Source: Catajapyx aquilonaris
Lineage: Eukaryota
Length of the DNA: 64,000 nucleotides
Direction of reading: 5' to 3'
Assembly: GCA_000934665.2 (NCBI GenBank)
Contig: JYFJ02000564.1
Location: forward strand, 1 to 64,000
The notes under the pieces are model-generated. The model was not told where the DNA came from. It saw only the letters and a list, made by a program, of their open reading frames with translations, and ran no database searches. This document shows positions 38,901 to 51,100 of the stretch, piece by piece; position 1 is the first letter of the stretch; every line of letters starts with the position of its first letter. The position numbers were made by a program, and so were the translations under genes.

Positions 38901-40931
38901 CAATAAACAGTGAACCAATCAGCGGGCTCAGTCAAACAACGCTGGCATTTTAATATTGCTTGGTCAGGTCTTTTTCCGATTTTCACCCAACATGTCAGGG
39001 CAGAATTTATTGTACTCTGCCCAGCGTCAAGAGAAAAGGTCTGGTATTTAGGAGGGTCAGAAATGACTACTTAAGAGTGCCCTCCCATGGGAATCTCTCT
39101 CTCTCTCTCTCTCTCTCCTCCCCCCCCTCCCCCCGCAAAAAAAACGAGGGCCCCGGCCCTATCACAGGGAATTACGTACAAACAAACAAACGTATGGAAA
39201 TCTGGCAACTGCTTTATAAGTGTCGCACTGTCTTATATTTCAGTGTTGAGATTGTGCCACTGAGTAAAGATAGCGTGGTTTGCCTGCCACCCAAGCTGGC
39301 CCACCAACTGGGAGGAATTGGACAGATATGTGTGATCTATCGAATTGCTAATACCATTCATCTGATTGATCCCACAACCACGCAGCGTAGGTATTATTTG
39401 TGGGACAGCTTATTTCACTTGTAACATTTTATTTGTAGTTGCAGAGATCAGCAGTAATGTGTACTGGAGACAGCCTGTAGGAGTCCTGTGCTATAGCAAA
39501 CAATTGACTGAGTTCACAGTAATTGATGTGGAGGTGATCCATGCAAATGATCGTGTCACCTTCTCTGGCCAAGGAGCACTTTCTAACAAGGTGAAGATGT
39601 TATTGTTTTGGTTATTTTTCTTTGGTAGTGCATGGTTAACCTGTCTGCAGTGGGCCCTTTGGGAGCAATATTTCCATTATGGACTTGTTGCTTGGTTCTA
39701 AGACGGGATTTTTAATTGATTGAATTGTCTGCATACCTGCAGTGTGTCTCATAGTTTAGATCATATCCACAACGGTGGAAATGGTGCAGGCACTCCTGTG
39801 TCAAGTTGGTACTCATGAGCCCAGGTGCACTTGGCAAATATGGTTCAGTGCAAAAAACTAAAGGCTCATTCCCCATGTGCTCACGGAGCTCAAGGAGCTA
39901 ACTAAGCCTTCTAAACATTTAAACCAGTAAATATATGCCTAAATTGACAAGTTCTATATTTTCCATTACAGCATGTTGCTGCTGATGTATGGGTGGTGCG
40001 TTCCGATGACCTGGGTAAGAATGAGGCCACAATCCATTGCCGGTCTCACCTTGGCCATCTGTTGAAGCCAGGAGACACAGTCCTTGGGTAAAGACACTGC
40101 ATTTATATCTGAGGAGAGCTTTAGAACAACTTGCTTTCAGTAACAAGAATGTATAGGTCTACTTTGGAAACAAGAGATTTACTTGCTAGGTTTCCAGATA
40201 AGACAAGAGACAAGAAAAATGTGATAAACGTAATACCTGTTACATTTTTAAAAATGTGATTTCAGCATTTTTATAACTTGCTGAAATATAATGACAAAAT
40301 TCGAATTTTCTACCCTTGATAAGTTGCTTAGTTTTGTGTGCAGAATAATGAGTTTTTCTGATGCATCCTTGAAATACTTTCATTATTTGCATTGACGTGG
40401 TCAGTGCAGTGCTGGATAACCATCATGGCATTTCCATCTGAAAGAGGTAGTCTGATGAAAGGCAGACATATGTCAGAGCATGACTTTCTGATTACGCAGG
40501 GTGAAAGAGTTGAAAAACATAACAGACTTAGCCGTCACTCTTGTTCTTTCAGAATTGATCTGGCCAACCGCAATGTGAATGACACTAATTTCGAGAAGAT
40601 GCGCAAGGAGCGCATCCCAGATGTGGTACTGGTGAAGAAAATATTTGGAGACAAATCTGCTCGCAACCGCTACCGTAAGTGGAAGCTGCGGCACCTGAAG
40701 CAGACTGAGCAAGACAAGGGAAGTGTCAACCAGGACTACATGGACTTCCTGGAGGATCTGGAGGAGGATCCAGTATACAGGAAAAATGTCAATATTTATA
40801 AAGATGAGGCCAAGGTGGCTGTCTCAATTGATGATGTGGATGGAGAGGAGATCCCAAGGATCACCCTGGAGGAGATGTTGGATGATCTGCATCTGGATGA
40901 GGAAGAGGAGGCGAAGGTTGACATGATGTAG
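32946..40931 (+). CDS. NMD3: 60S ribosomal export protein NMD3, 503 aa, 10 coding exons
   Basis: Exons 32946-32986, 34297-34431, 34508-34658, 35049-35183, 35942-36050, 36634-36784, 39244-39386, 39439-39590, 39972-40087, 40553-40931 (1512 nt). Motifs ILCCGCGVPIEPNPSNMCVGC, LVDAGFVWTEPHSKRIKVKL, VQVRQR...KRTFYYLEQLILK, FLEDLEED, and NES-like ITLEEMLDDLHL. Confidence 0.97.
33486..33745. mobile_element. GC-rich palindromic element (about 110-bp arms) in NMD3 intron 1
   Basis: tttttttccggcggc...tggcaaccctgtcc...tgtttacaaatcgagtgagtg is mirrored by cactcactcgatttgtaaaca...ggacagggttgcca...gccgccggaaaaaaa around a loop of about 38 nt. Confidence 0.85.
34705..35002. mobile_element. TIR element inserted in a (CA)n microsatellite, with internal (CCTAA/CCTAC)n
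   Basis: tgtcttcactaaggtgtggggacgtggaaac / gtttccgtccccagaccttattgaagaca inverted ends; (CA)n on both sides; pentamer array at about 34770-34848. Confidence 0.8.
36085..36369. mobile_element. hAT-type MITE with 8-bp target-site duplication
   Basis: TIRs cagaggttcccaaact / agtttgggaaactctg flanked by a perfect GTCTAAGA duplication (36077-36084 and 36370-36377). Confidence 0.92.
37114..37702. mobile_element. Tc1/mariner-pogo type MITE, copy 2 (NMD3 intron 6)
   Basis: TA-cagtaaaacttctataagtcgaa...ttcgacttagaagttttactg-TA; both arms closely match 26473-27117. Confidence 0.9.
38112..38167. repeat. 24-bp tandem repeat, about 2.3 copies
   Basis: Unit gggtcacccggaggccacccagcg read directly. Confidence 0.85.
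39789..39920 (+). ncRNA. Candidate intronic box H/ACA snoRNA in NMD3 intron 8
   Basis: Hairpin 1 (gcact...tgtcaagt...acttggca...agtgc), ANANNA-compatible AAAAAA hinge, hairpin 2 (aaggct...gctc/gagc...agcctt), ACA at 39915-39917; about 130 nt, ending about 50 nt before the acceptor, in a ribosome-biogenesis host gene. Confidence 0.45.
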
Positions 40932-42122
40932 TTCACAGATGTAGTTAAGGTGGAAATATAAATTTTGAAATTCCATGATATTAATTTTCTATGGTCACAC
41001 ACTCCTCATTTCTTTCTTATGGTTACTTTTTCGTTGGGAAGAGTGCCTGGTTCAGTGGAAACATTTGGGCACCAGGCTGAAAGGGTAGGCGACCTTCCAC
41101 CTTCCCCTATGTTACACACCCACTCCATTGCCCCTGCTGGGAAGGTTCCAAAAGGTAATGCCATGCCGTGCCGTGCCTTGCAAGTACCCTGCTGATTTGA
41201 GTTTCAGGTGCAATTTGAGCTACAGCTCAGATGTGTGTGTGTGTGTGTGTTTTAAAAATTCCTTACTAGCTGATAAGGTCGCCTCCGATTGTGTTGTAGT
41301 CTTGGTTGTAGTGCATGTTCCGAAGGCATGCGGTAGTGTCGTAAGCTTAGTCGTAACTTGAAACGTTGAAAGTGCCCGCGAGTATGATGGCGAAGCGCCT
41401 GTTGTGAGTGCAGCGCCCCCGCTGAGTGAGTTGGCAAACCCTGGGCCGCCCTGGGCAAACCCCCATGGCCTTTCCATCGGGCGCCTATCATTTGTGTATA
41501 AATTCGGACAGATGCTACTTTCACGGAAATTTTAAAGAAGAAAATGCGAGAGAAAATGAGACTTCCATCCAGATGGCTTCTTCTGGAATTCCGGAACTGT
41601 TTCGTTTCCATGCACCCGAACGCACCCGAAATCGCCTCCCCCCCCATCCTTACCCCCCTCCCTTCCCCACAGTTTGCCCCCCTCCCTCCCTCCCTCCCTC
41701 CCTCCATTCACAGCGTAGACCAGGCTTTTTTATCCAGTGTGTCAAAAAAGGGTGAGGAAAAAAACCCCGTGATTTGGTGACCCGACCCCATCGGTTGTGT
41801 GTGATCCCCTCTTCTGTCGGACAGCGATGTGAGGGAGGACCTGCGTGCAGCACCGAGGGGGTCCATCCGCGGGCCAGTTCGCGGCGGGTAGGGCGGGCGG
41901 GACAGGGTGTATATATCTGTCGGTGGGGGGAAGCAGCGGATCCGGGGTGGGCCTAGTGACACCGCCGCTCTCTAGCCCCTTCTCCAGCCGAAAAAACCAC
42001 TCGTTTTGGACCCCCTGTATCCTTGGCCAGCGGTCCCACCTCCGCCCCCTCCTTTCCCCTGTGAATGTGTGCGTGCCACCACCCGCCTCAGGAGGACAGC
42101 AGGAGAAGAGCAGGTGGTTTTC

Positions 42123-45100
42123 ATGTGGACTGCCATCTCCAGGTTCTTCAAATCCAACTCTTCCTCTTCCTCCTCCGCTGAAGAGGAGGAGGACTACAGG
42201 CAGGCAGAAGAAGCATCCTCCTCTGCCACCGCAAAGGGAGAGGAGGCTGCCTCATCACATGCCCAGCGCAGCAGCTGCAGGACCAGGAGGATGGAGGCTG
42301 CAGGGAACAACGGCAGCCAGGTGCTATGCGTGCCAGACATTGAGGGACCTGACTCATACGACACGCACAAGGTGGGTTGCTGGACCAGGCCTACTACCCA
42401 ATCGCATGCACTGCCCAGATCGCTTGCACTCAAATATCAGTCTAGGGCGGCTTTTATGGATGCTGGATTGATTATGTCAAGATGCAGTCACTGGATGGGG
42501 ATGCACTCCCCACAGTTGCCAGGTGCAGTTGGCTTGCCAGTCAAATGTGACACGTTCGCAACAGCTCAAACATCAATACGTATGGTAACCTCAGTGCAAT
42601 AATGATTATGTCGGGATATCTCATCTACCATCACGTGTATTAATTTATGTCAATACCATAATGAACAGGTGTAGATTTGTGTTATTATTTATTAGTTTCA
42701 TACATGATAGCATAACACACAAACGTATTATCTACCATGACACACAATTTGTCGTTCAATTTCGATCCTACAGCATGCCTTACATGCAGAGCTTTACCAT
42801 GGATGAATCATGACCCAAATATGTGACTCGCTTCATGATAATATTTCATGCAGCAGTGATAGGTGGTGATAACTGATCCTTTTCTCTTGCACAAAATGCT
42901 TGTCAATACAAGACATGGTCATTGTACTAGTGAATTCCACGAATGGAAGATATAGCTGCATGATAAAAATTGTGTCACAAATATATATGTGACCCATCGT
43001 GACTTTTATTACATTTACAATGTGAGGTTATTAGTAGACATGCTAGGACATGTGCGTTATATAATATGAACATGTTGATAGTAAAATCAATGGAATGTCA
43101 TTATTGTGAAACCTGTCAAAGGATTTTGTAAGATGTAATGATCACATAATGGCTTTGTAACTAGGAGTTGAAAATGATTTTTCAATAAGTTGGCAGGTTC
43201 AGGAAAGAGAGGATGTCTCAAATTACTTTATTAATTGTGAGCCTGCTTTTTAGGCTGCATATTTTATACCATAGGGGCATAGGCATTTAATATGTGGATG
43301 TTTATTTTATGGACATAAATTGTTTCTAAAAGATCAAGGCATGATTTGGAACCCTTAGGAAATTAATGATACAAATGCTGGCTAGAATGTATGTTTCTTT
43401 GATTGGGAAGGAACCAAACCGAGTAAAGCTATCTGGCTCTTAGAAGATACGTAGGTGAGACCGACAGATATAGGTGTATAGATGAGAAGACTGAAAACAG
43501 GAAAGTGATCAGAGAATCAAATGTCCACTACTACGACAAGGTGGAGACACCATTGGTGGCGGGTTAGGATGCAAACCTGCTTAGCTAGCATTAAAACTGG
43601 CTACACACAAATTTTGTGCGTGGATGTCATTCTTAATATTAGACCTGGTGATATCACTATTATATTACTCTGTCATCTGCACTTCCTGTGAAGGAACTAC
43701 TGTGGCGGTGTGACATAGTGCAAATAACTTAGTTTTAGCTTCTTTAGTTGTAATGGTGTTTGATTAACTAGATTTCACTTTTAAAACTGCAGTTGTATGG
43801 AGATGAGCCTCAGAGATGATAGCCTATTTAGTGTCCCATTGTAAACATTATACTCATTAATTTTTAAGTGGAATATGCTTTTATTACGAAAGTTTGTTTT
43901 AGAAGTTCAACTTCGTAATAATACTATTTTGTGGCACATGAAATAAGTTGTAGTAATGATGATAGGGAGTGACATGGTATGACATGGGGAAACAATGACT
44001 TGAAATACAACTGATGAAGATCAAAAGAGGTGCAAAAGTGTTGTTCCTCATAGGGAGTGTTTTTTTGGGGGAACTTCCTGCTGTAAATTTAACTTTGGAG
44101 GTGAGTGTGCATGGATGCTTCAGTTAATGATCCCTGGGGTGGGTGTGTGTGTGCCTGTGTACAGGAGGGGAATTGGGGCTGAGGTTAGGACTGAATAAGA
44201 GGGGTTTATAGGAGAGCTTGCAATGATGAGTATAGAGTGGATTGGCTTATTAAAATTTCTATATTAGATTTTGTGTGGTGTCATAATAAAATTACTTTTT
44301 TGCCCATGCAATGACATTTAAGCAGTGAAATGGATTGTAGACTTGTTATGTGTATTATCCAGCAATGTGTTGAAACAGCAGATAAGAGAGCACTATATGT
44401 GATTAATCCTACTACAAACAGGTGACACAGAAATGACATCATATAATGGAGTGGCTTTTGCACGTTGTTTTGGCAATCTGGCTTTTGAAGAGGACCTTTG
44501 CAAGTGCCTGCACTCTACTTTTAATGCAATAATTGTTACATGTACAGCAGTATATTATGGGAATATCTGATTTTTTGCGATGCAAACCTGAGGGCACTAC
44601 AGCATTTGAAATATTTTTAAAATATTTGCATAATTGCTAATTGAAAATATTACGTAAAGGATCATAATTTATGCACGGAAATGTACATTTTGGCTTTAAG
44701 TCGCCAATTACCGACCTGTTGCAATTTTACTGAAATACTGGGATAGTTCCGAAGGACAATTTTAGTCCAGGACAGATATGAACAATATATTAGAAATATT
44801 CTGCCTTACTCCAATGACGTGCTATATTGTAAAGTGGGCCTCTGAATGTAGCACCTGGAGTTTTAATAGCATGTAAGAATAAAATACGAATTGTAGGTAA
44901 ATAATGCATAGAGATAATGTTTGTCATTTGGGTCAGAGAGGAGTGGGCCGTGTGCAAACTTTCACCACCCAGTTCCATGTTCAGTAGTTGCTGAGTTTGC
45001 AAATATAGTTTTCATGTGATACTGCACTAGCCTATTACAGTGGCCTGAAGTATTGTCAAGGTTAGCTGCATAGTAGAGATTCATCCAATCGGCACACATT

Positions 45101-48100
45101 AATTAATCGAAAAAATGTGTTCAAGTGTGATAAGGTGGCAGCACAATGCTGCCAGTACCTATCCAGTGTTGTGTGGCCGATGTTAATATTAGCGCATCAT
45201 TTTCAACTTTGAAGCGCAGGTTTTCCTTAATGCTTCTCCGCTGAATCCAATGAAAATTTAAGCAGCCTGCATTAAAGTGTAATGGGTCATAAATGTTGGG
45301 GTGTTTGCACACATTAGACCATGTTTACCCAAGTGTGAATTCTCCACTCCCATTCGCGTTATTTTTAGAATTAGACAAACTCATTCATAGATTTCGTGCC
45401 TGACTCATCAAGCGAAGATAAGACACCTCCACTTGTCATGTCATCCGGTCAGTCTCACGTCAGGAAGACATTTTTTATGAGTCATTGCATTTGGCAGGGC
45501 CCCCAAAGTGGTGCAAGTCAGGCGGAGTTACGTTGCTAGATGGCAAATCCCCCTTTCAAAATTTTGTTAACGAGAGGAGGGCACCCTTGATACTTGGGTA
45601 TGCAGTCCCGACGCAGTGTACTTTGATCAGTCATGTAGGCAGAAGGGGCGGTGTAATTGGGACGGAAATTGAGGGTAGAGAAACAAGGTGTGATGGGTTA
45701 GTTAGACTGGTGCTGCCAACCAGCGGAGAGGGTCTGACTTTTGGGGGAGTAGAATCGGCAGGGGGGAGCTTTTGTGCACCCACTGCATATCCTCCCACTC
45801 ACCTAGGAAGAACATATATGGGTGTGGTGCCTCTCGCCAGCTGTCTGGTCGATGCCTTGCCAGGTTCACCACGCCCATTTGTATGTGGATGCCACGCGGT
45901 GACGTTTATGACCTTCATTTTCAAAAATGTATCCATATTTTTGTCGCCTAACGAGACACTTCTTTCCATTTGGATGATGGCACCGCACCTGCTGCTGAGA
46001 AGCTGGAGGACTTGGTCTTAGCGAGGCAGCTAAATAGCTTCGTGATGAGTTGGCAGTACAGCTTGGCATAATTGCAATGTGGGGAATATAGTAATAGTAA
46101 TAGCGCGTTAAATATTTTAATGGCAGTCATCAGAGTAATATCTCGAATATCCTTCGTGTTGGTATGATTATGAAATTTATTGTCATTTTTTTTTTGTACA
46201 TTCATACGTTGTACAACTACTGCGATTAAAGCAGGCGGTTTAAAGATTACGAGATGCTTTCAGTATTTTGAGGGCTAGGTCGTGTGCAACGGCACCAATT
46301 CATTGTCTCGACTCATGTTCAGTTACGGAGTTAACGCCTAAAAAATAAGGTCTTCACATTAATTATTACAAGAAGACAAGATAACTCTTATTATGGAGGT
46401 GCACCCATTTGCATTTGAAGTGAAATCCTGTAATCCCATCAGAAGTCGTGTTTTAATCTGGATGCTAAGAGGATTGGCACAAGATCAGATTATGGATTGG
46501 AGTTAAAGAACAAACGCCGACTTGGAGACGGAATTCGAGAACAGTGGGTGGCAGAAGTTACGGAACTGGTGCCCGTAGGGGCCAAGGGGAACCGGAGAAG
46601 TACAAGATAAACTTTTAGTATCATTTTCCAGGAGTCGGGTAAGACAGTAAAGAACTTCCAACCTTGGCTGAATGTCGGGATCGATGATTGCGGCAAAGGG
46701 GTCGCCGACTGATCCAATACGATATCCCCAAAATTCCTCATTCGCCCACAATGGCCCCCGACAAAATTAGGATGTCTCCAGCCACCCATTTTGGGGTAAC
46801 TGATGAGCAAGTAATGTACGACATCCTCTACTCGAATTGTTTCACAGCCAGTCGGAATTATTTAAATGTGGCGGAGGCATTTATGAAATAACTACATGTC
46901 TCTCCAAGGCCTGCAGGGATAGATAGGCGAGAGATGGAGGCAGATACGCATACAATTTCCAGCCGTTGCGGTTGCATTAGGAGCATGAATGCGCAGGGAG
47001 GCTCATTCATAATATATGAGTCGTGTCAAGAGGAAGCGCATTTTGTGACCGCTGGGACCAGCAATAACTGGCCTTTGGTGCCAAATACCGCACACTCTAT
47101 CAGTTGAAACTGGGGAAGGAGGGTGAAAAATAAATAAATGCAGGCTGCAGGGATGTTCTGTGGAAAGTTGGAGGGGAAGAGGTTCAAATCCCAGTAGTAG
47201 ATTTAATGCAGGTTGAAGAGGACTGTAAAAGTCTGCATGTTGTGATTCGGGCTCTCGTGGGATCCATTCCTACAACCTGGGAAGAAATATTTACTGCCTG
47301 GGCGGTTATTATTAAAAAATCGATCTTGCTTCACCTTTTGCTGCGACGTAAACGGAGGCGCCTTCACTGGTGGTCCAGAAGCGATACGAAATCAAGATTG
47401 ATGAGAACACCCAATGGCATGGTGCCGTCCATTGGTTGCGAAAGCTTTCAATTCAAGGACTTAATTTTTGGGGATGCGGTGGAATCGAAACTTGACGGCA
47501 AAAAAAAAAAAAGGAAGAAATTCGGTCGGGTGCGGCAGTTCCCTTATTGGCAAGTATGCTGCTTCGTTGGTGTGAAATGCGACTCCATTATTTAGCAAGG
47601 AAGCTCGTCACAGTATCAGCATACCGTATTGCTGTACAACCTGAATATTCTATTGGAACAAAATGGGTCAGCTCCTTCTCATACACCAGTATGCAAATTG
47701 CATTCTTGTTAGTCCTTGACCCTTGTACCAGACGCCACCCGGGGTGTCAGTATGAAAGATGGCTTGATTATTGCCATCTATAGAATATTTCCAGGTACTC
47801 GACCATTCGAGACGGATGCCCTCCTACAGGATGGACGGAGTGGATGGGATTGAGAGAAGGAGTGCATTGGCGAGATTTATCTCTCGTTGGTCGTCCTTTT
47901 TGTTCCGCTAACCAATAAACGGGCTCCTTTGCCAAGGGCATTGTCATGGCAAAAATGGATGGAAAGTTGCACTTTCTGCTTGGGCTGTTCTCTCGGAGCT
48001 CATTTAGACACGTCACGTCAGCACATTTCGATGGTAGATCACAACAGCTTCTTATGAACTGCGATATATCTGCGAGTAGTAAAGAGGCAGGAGATTGTTA

Positions 48101-51100
48101 TTTGCAAATAAACAAATAAATGCAGGTAAACTGACGATATAATTTAGCATCGGTGAGTAATATCATGATGCTATAAACAAGGACGAGCAGGATTGAATTT
48201 GATCAGGCATCAGCCAGAAATACTTTTCATTTGTTAGATGATAATGCCGTCCCTGGTTGGGTGGAAGGATGAAACGCATCCTATTGCTTAATTAAAACTT
48301 TTCATCTGAGCCACGTGACAATTAATTAAACCATGTTGCATTTCTTAACTGACATGCAACCTTGGTGCGTATAGGCAGAGAAAGTGAGGAAGCACGCACA
48401 AAATCGCATAGGGGGCATATCAATCAGTCTTCGGGGAGAGTCGCAAACATGGGCAAAAATGTGCTCTGAAGATCAGAGAAGTATCGGAGAAGATTTTTTA
48501 TTTTATTTTTTATTTACAAGTTGTGCTTGTTATAACAGAAGAGCTTCGCATAGATTGCTACTGTATTCGAAAATAATATAAAATGCATATACAGTAAATT
48601 GTCGCGGATTTTTAATGGGTGTGGTATTATTGAATGGAAGCTGATGCTGCATAATGAGCTTTTGAAAAATGGAGCAGTGGTTAATTTTTGCTGCGTACAC
48701 GTATATATGTTCGGATGTGAACATATTACTGGAACTTCTACAGGTTTAGTGTCATTTGTGCTATGAACATACGATTAATTTTTTCGTTACGAGGTATAAT
48801 AATTGGACATGATTTTAATACAGGAATACTAGTCTCATGCTGCATAATGAGTTAATTTGAGTTAATGAGATTTACGCCCGAGTAACTGATAATTGTACCC
48901 ATCTGCTGGCCATTGGACTAAGCGACCAAGCGCACATAATGGGCCTGCAAAAAAAATTAGAGTAGGAGTGCTTTTGCTTCGGTGTAGTGAACATCCAAAA
49001 ATCACTTTATGATGTTTCTCTACCCGAAGGCAAGTTATAATAAGAATCATCGGCGCGCAAAATCCACTGCGAAGTCGTCTTGGATCATTCCCATTTCCCG
49101 TGATTCGATCTAACGTAAGGACCTTTCCGGTGGCATTCACCTATTCACACACAAAAAAAATAGTGTGTTTGTAAGCGAAGGAATTCACTTTAGGCAATGC
49201 GATATTCTTTGGATTGAAAGTGTTCCTGAATACTTGTCAACCTAGAATTTTCGGACAATTTGGTAGTCCACTATAAAGTGGCGTAGCAGTTTTCCAATCA
49301 GATGGGAAAGTTGAAAGTTAACCGTACACAGTCTACGTATACCTTTATGGCAGAGATTGGACGAAATTAAGGAAATATTGGGTTAGGTTAACAGGCCGAG
49401 TCCCTCTGGCTAAAGCTCATTGGAGATTTGTTTTCGCTAATTTTCATCTCATTTACTTTTCCCGTAAAGAGAAATGGACTGTGGCTGTAATAGGCCTTAA
49501 TTGAGTGACATTTCCCCGCTGGAAACTGCGTGATGAAGAGCCAGAGGGCACTTCTTATGCGAGAATCGTGTTGAACAACTGCGAAGGGAAACTAAGCCCA
49601 GGGCTACCTGAGAGAAACCTCGACTAATGTGCACACTTTAGTATATGCTCAGGTGTGAAGGTGTGATCCCAGAGGTCTACTAGCCTCTTTTAATACTTTT
49701 TAATTATTTTATGCCAGACATATTTATTGATTTAGTTTCTTTCTTATACTCGTAGGTAATTTTTTTTGCGTTTTTGGTATTTTCTAATTAGTTATTCCTG
49801 TTTTCGCTTACGTATATTCTGGGCTGCCGTTCTGTGTAAATTAATAAGCCAATGAAGGCATGATAACCCTATTTTTTTCTTGAATTACTAAAAAAGTGGA
49901 CCGAACTATTTCTGCGAGTTTTCTCCCTTTCACCGGATAATTGGAAGAAAAACACTTCCGTTCATGAGAGGCCAATCCTTCCATTAAGTCCTTATTTCTA
50001 GTCGAGTTTTTTCTTTGTTTCTCTCAGTTTAGGCAGGGTGGAGCATTCTCCCTGAGGCTGTGCTAGAAAACTGTAATAAAAATTCAATGATATGTGGACG
50101 GTGGGTGTAATTTTCGGAAATATTTGCCTTAAATATTGTTTTATAGACCCACACTATGATATTTTTTCACTGTGCATACACAGTGTGATTGCAGTATGTA
50201 CATGAAACGTATGCTCTCCATGGCCATTAAGTCATAAATTAGGTGACACAAATAATGATATATGTTGAAGGATTTGCTTGCTCGGATTTTACACACAACT
50301 AACTCGAGACAGCTGCAGCAATGAGACGTAAATGCTGGATTACCATGGCACGGACTATGACTCCGGATGGAATATGGCGATAGACACGGATGGATCCAAG
50401 TGAGGTCACGGATGAGGAGCATATGGTATAGGGACGTCAGAGTGGTTCTTCAGCCAATGGAAAACTTCCCCTGGATTGGTAACAGGTGGTAATGCTGAAT
50501 GGATGCTGATGGGCATGTGTTTGTCCCCCATTCGGGTGGGAGTGACGGTGGAGTTCGGATGCTGATGGGAAAGGTGACGCGGTACAGTGCTTCAAATGAA
50601 GGGTGTCCCAGTGGACGAGGATCTGGCGGCCAAAAGGAGGCCTATGTCCAGGAAGAAGATGGTTCACAGGTTGACGTCTTTAGATGATCGACCAGGTGGG
50701 TCTCACGTTACTCGGGTGGATTTTTGCAAATTCGACCGGTGCGGGCATTGATATTTGCTAAAAATTGAGTATTTAATTATCTGGGCAGGTATTCAAGTCT
50801 GACCCACTTGAATATTATGTCGCGTGTGACTTTTTGACAGGCCTCTTTTTTTCGAGATCAGTGGCCCTGAAATTATATCCCCCCCGAAAAGCCTCCAAAA
50901 GAAAAGCCCTAATATGCGTGCAGGTCATAAAATATTGCGGAAAATCAGGAAGAGGAGTAGGAAGAAAAGTACTTCAATTCCCCTGCTGTGTGTCTAATTG
51001 AATTTTTTACACTTCTGCTCTTGGGTGGAATTGAAAATGTGACAATGAGGAAATGCACTTTCAGTGTGATACGCAACTCTGGACAGATCTCTTGTAACGT

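Noticed and set aside
41252..42471. Cluster of 70-208-aa ORFs on both strands upstream of and over Patronin exon 1
   Set aside because: GC-rich promoter and 5' UTR sequence with few stops; only the frame from ATG 42123 joins the conserved exon.
45485..47900. Short ORFs in Patronin intron 1 (178 aa at 45485, 129 aa at 47206, exon-like stretch at ~47795)
   Set aside because: No homology recognised and no consistent spliced model could be built.
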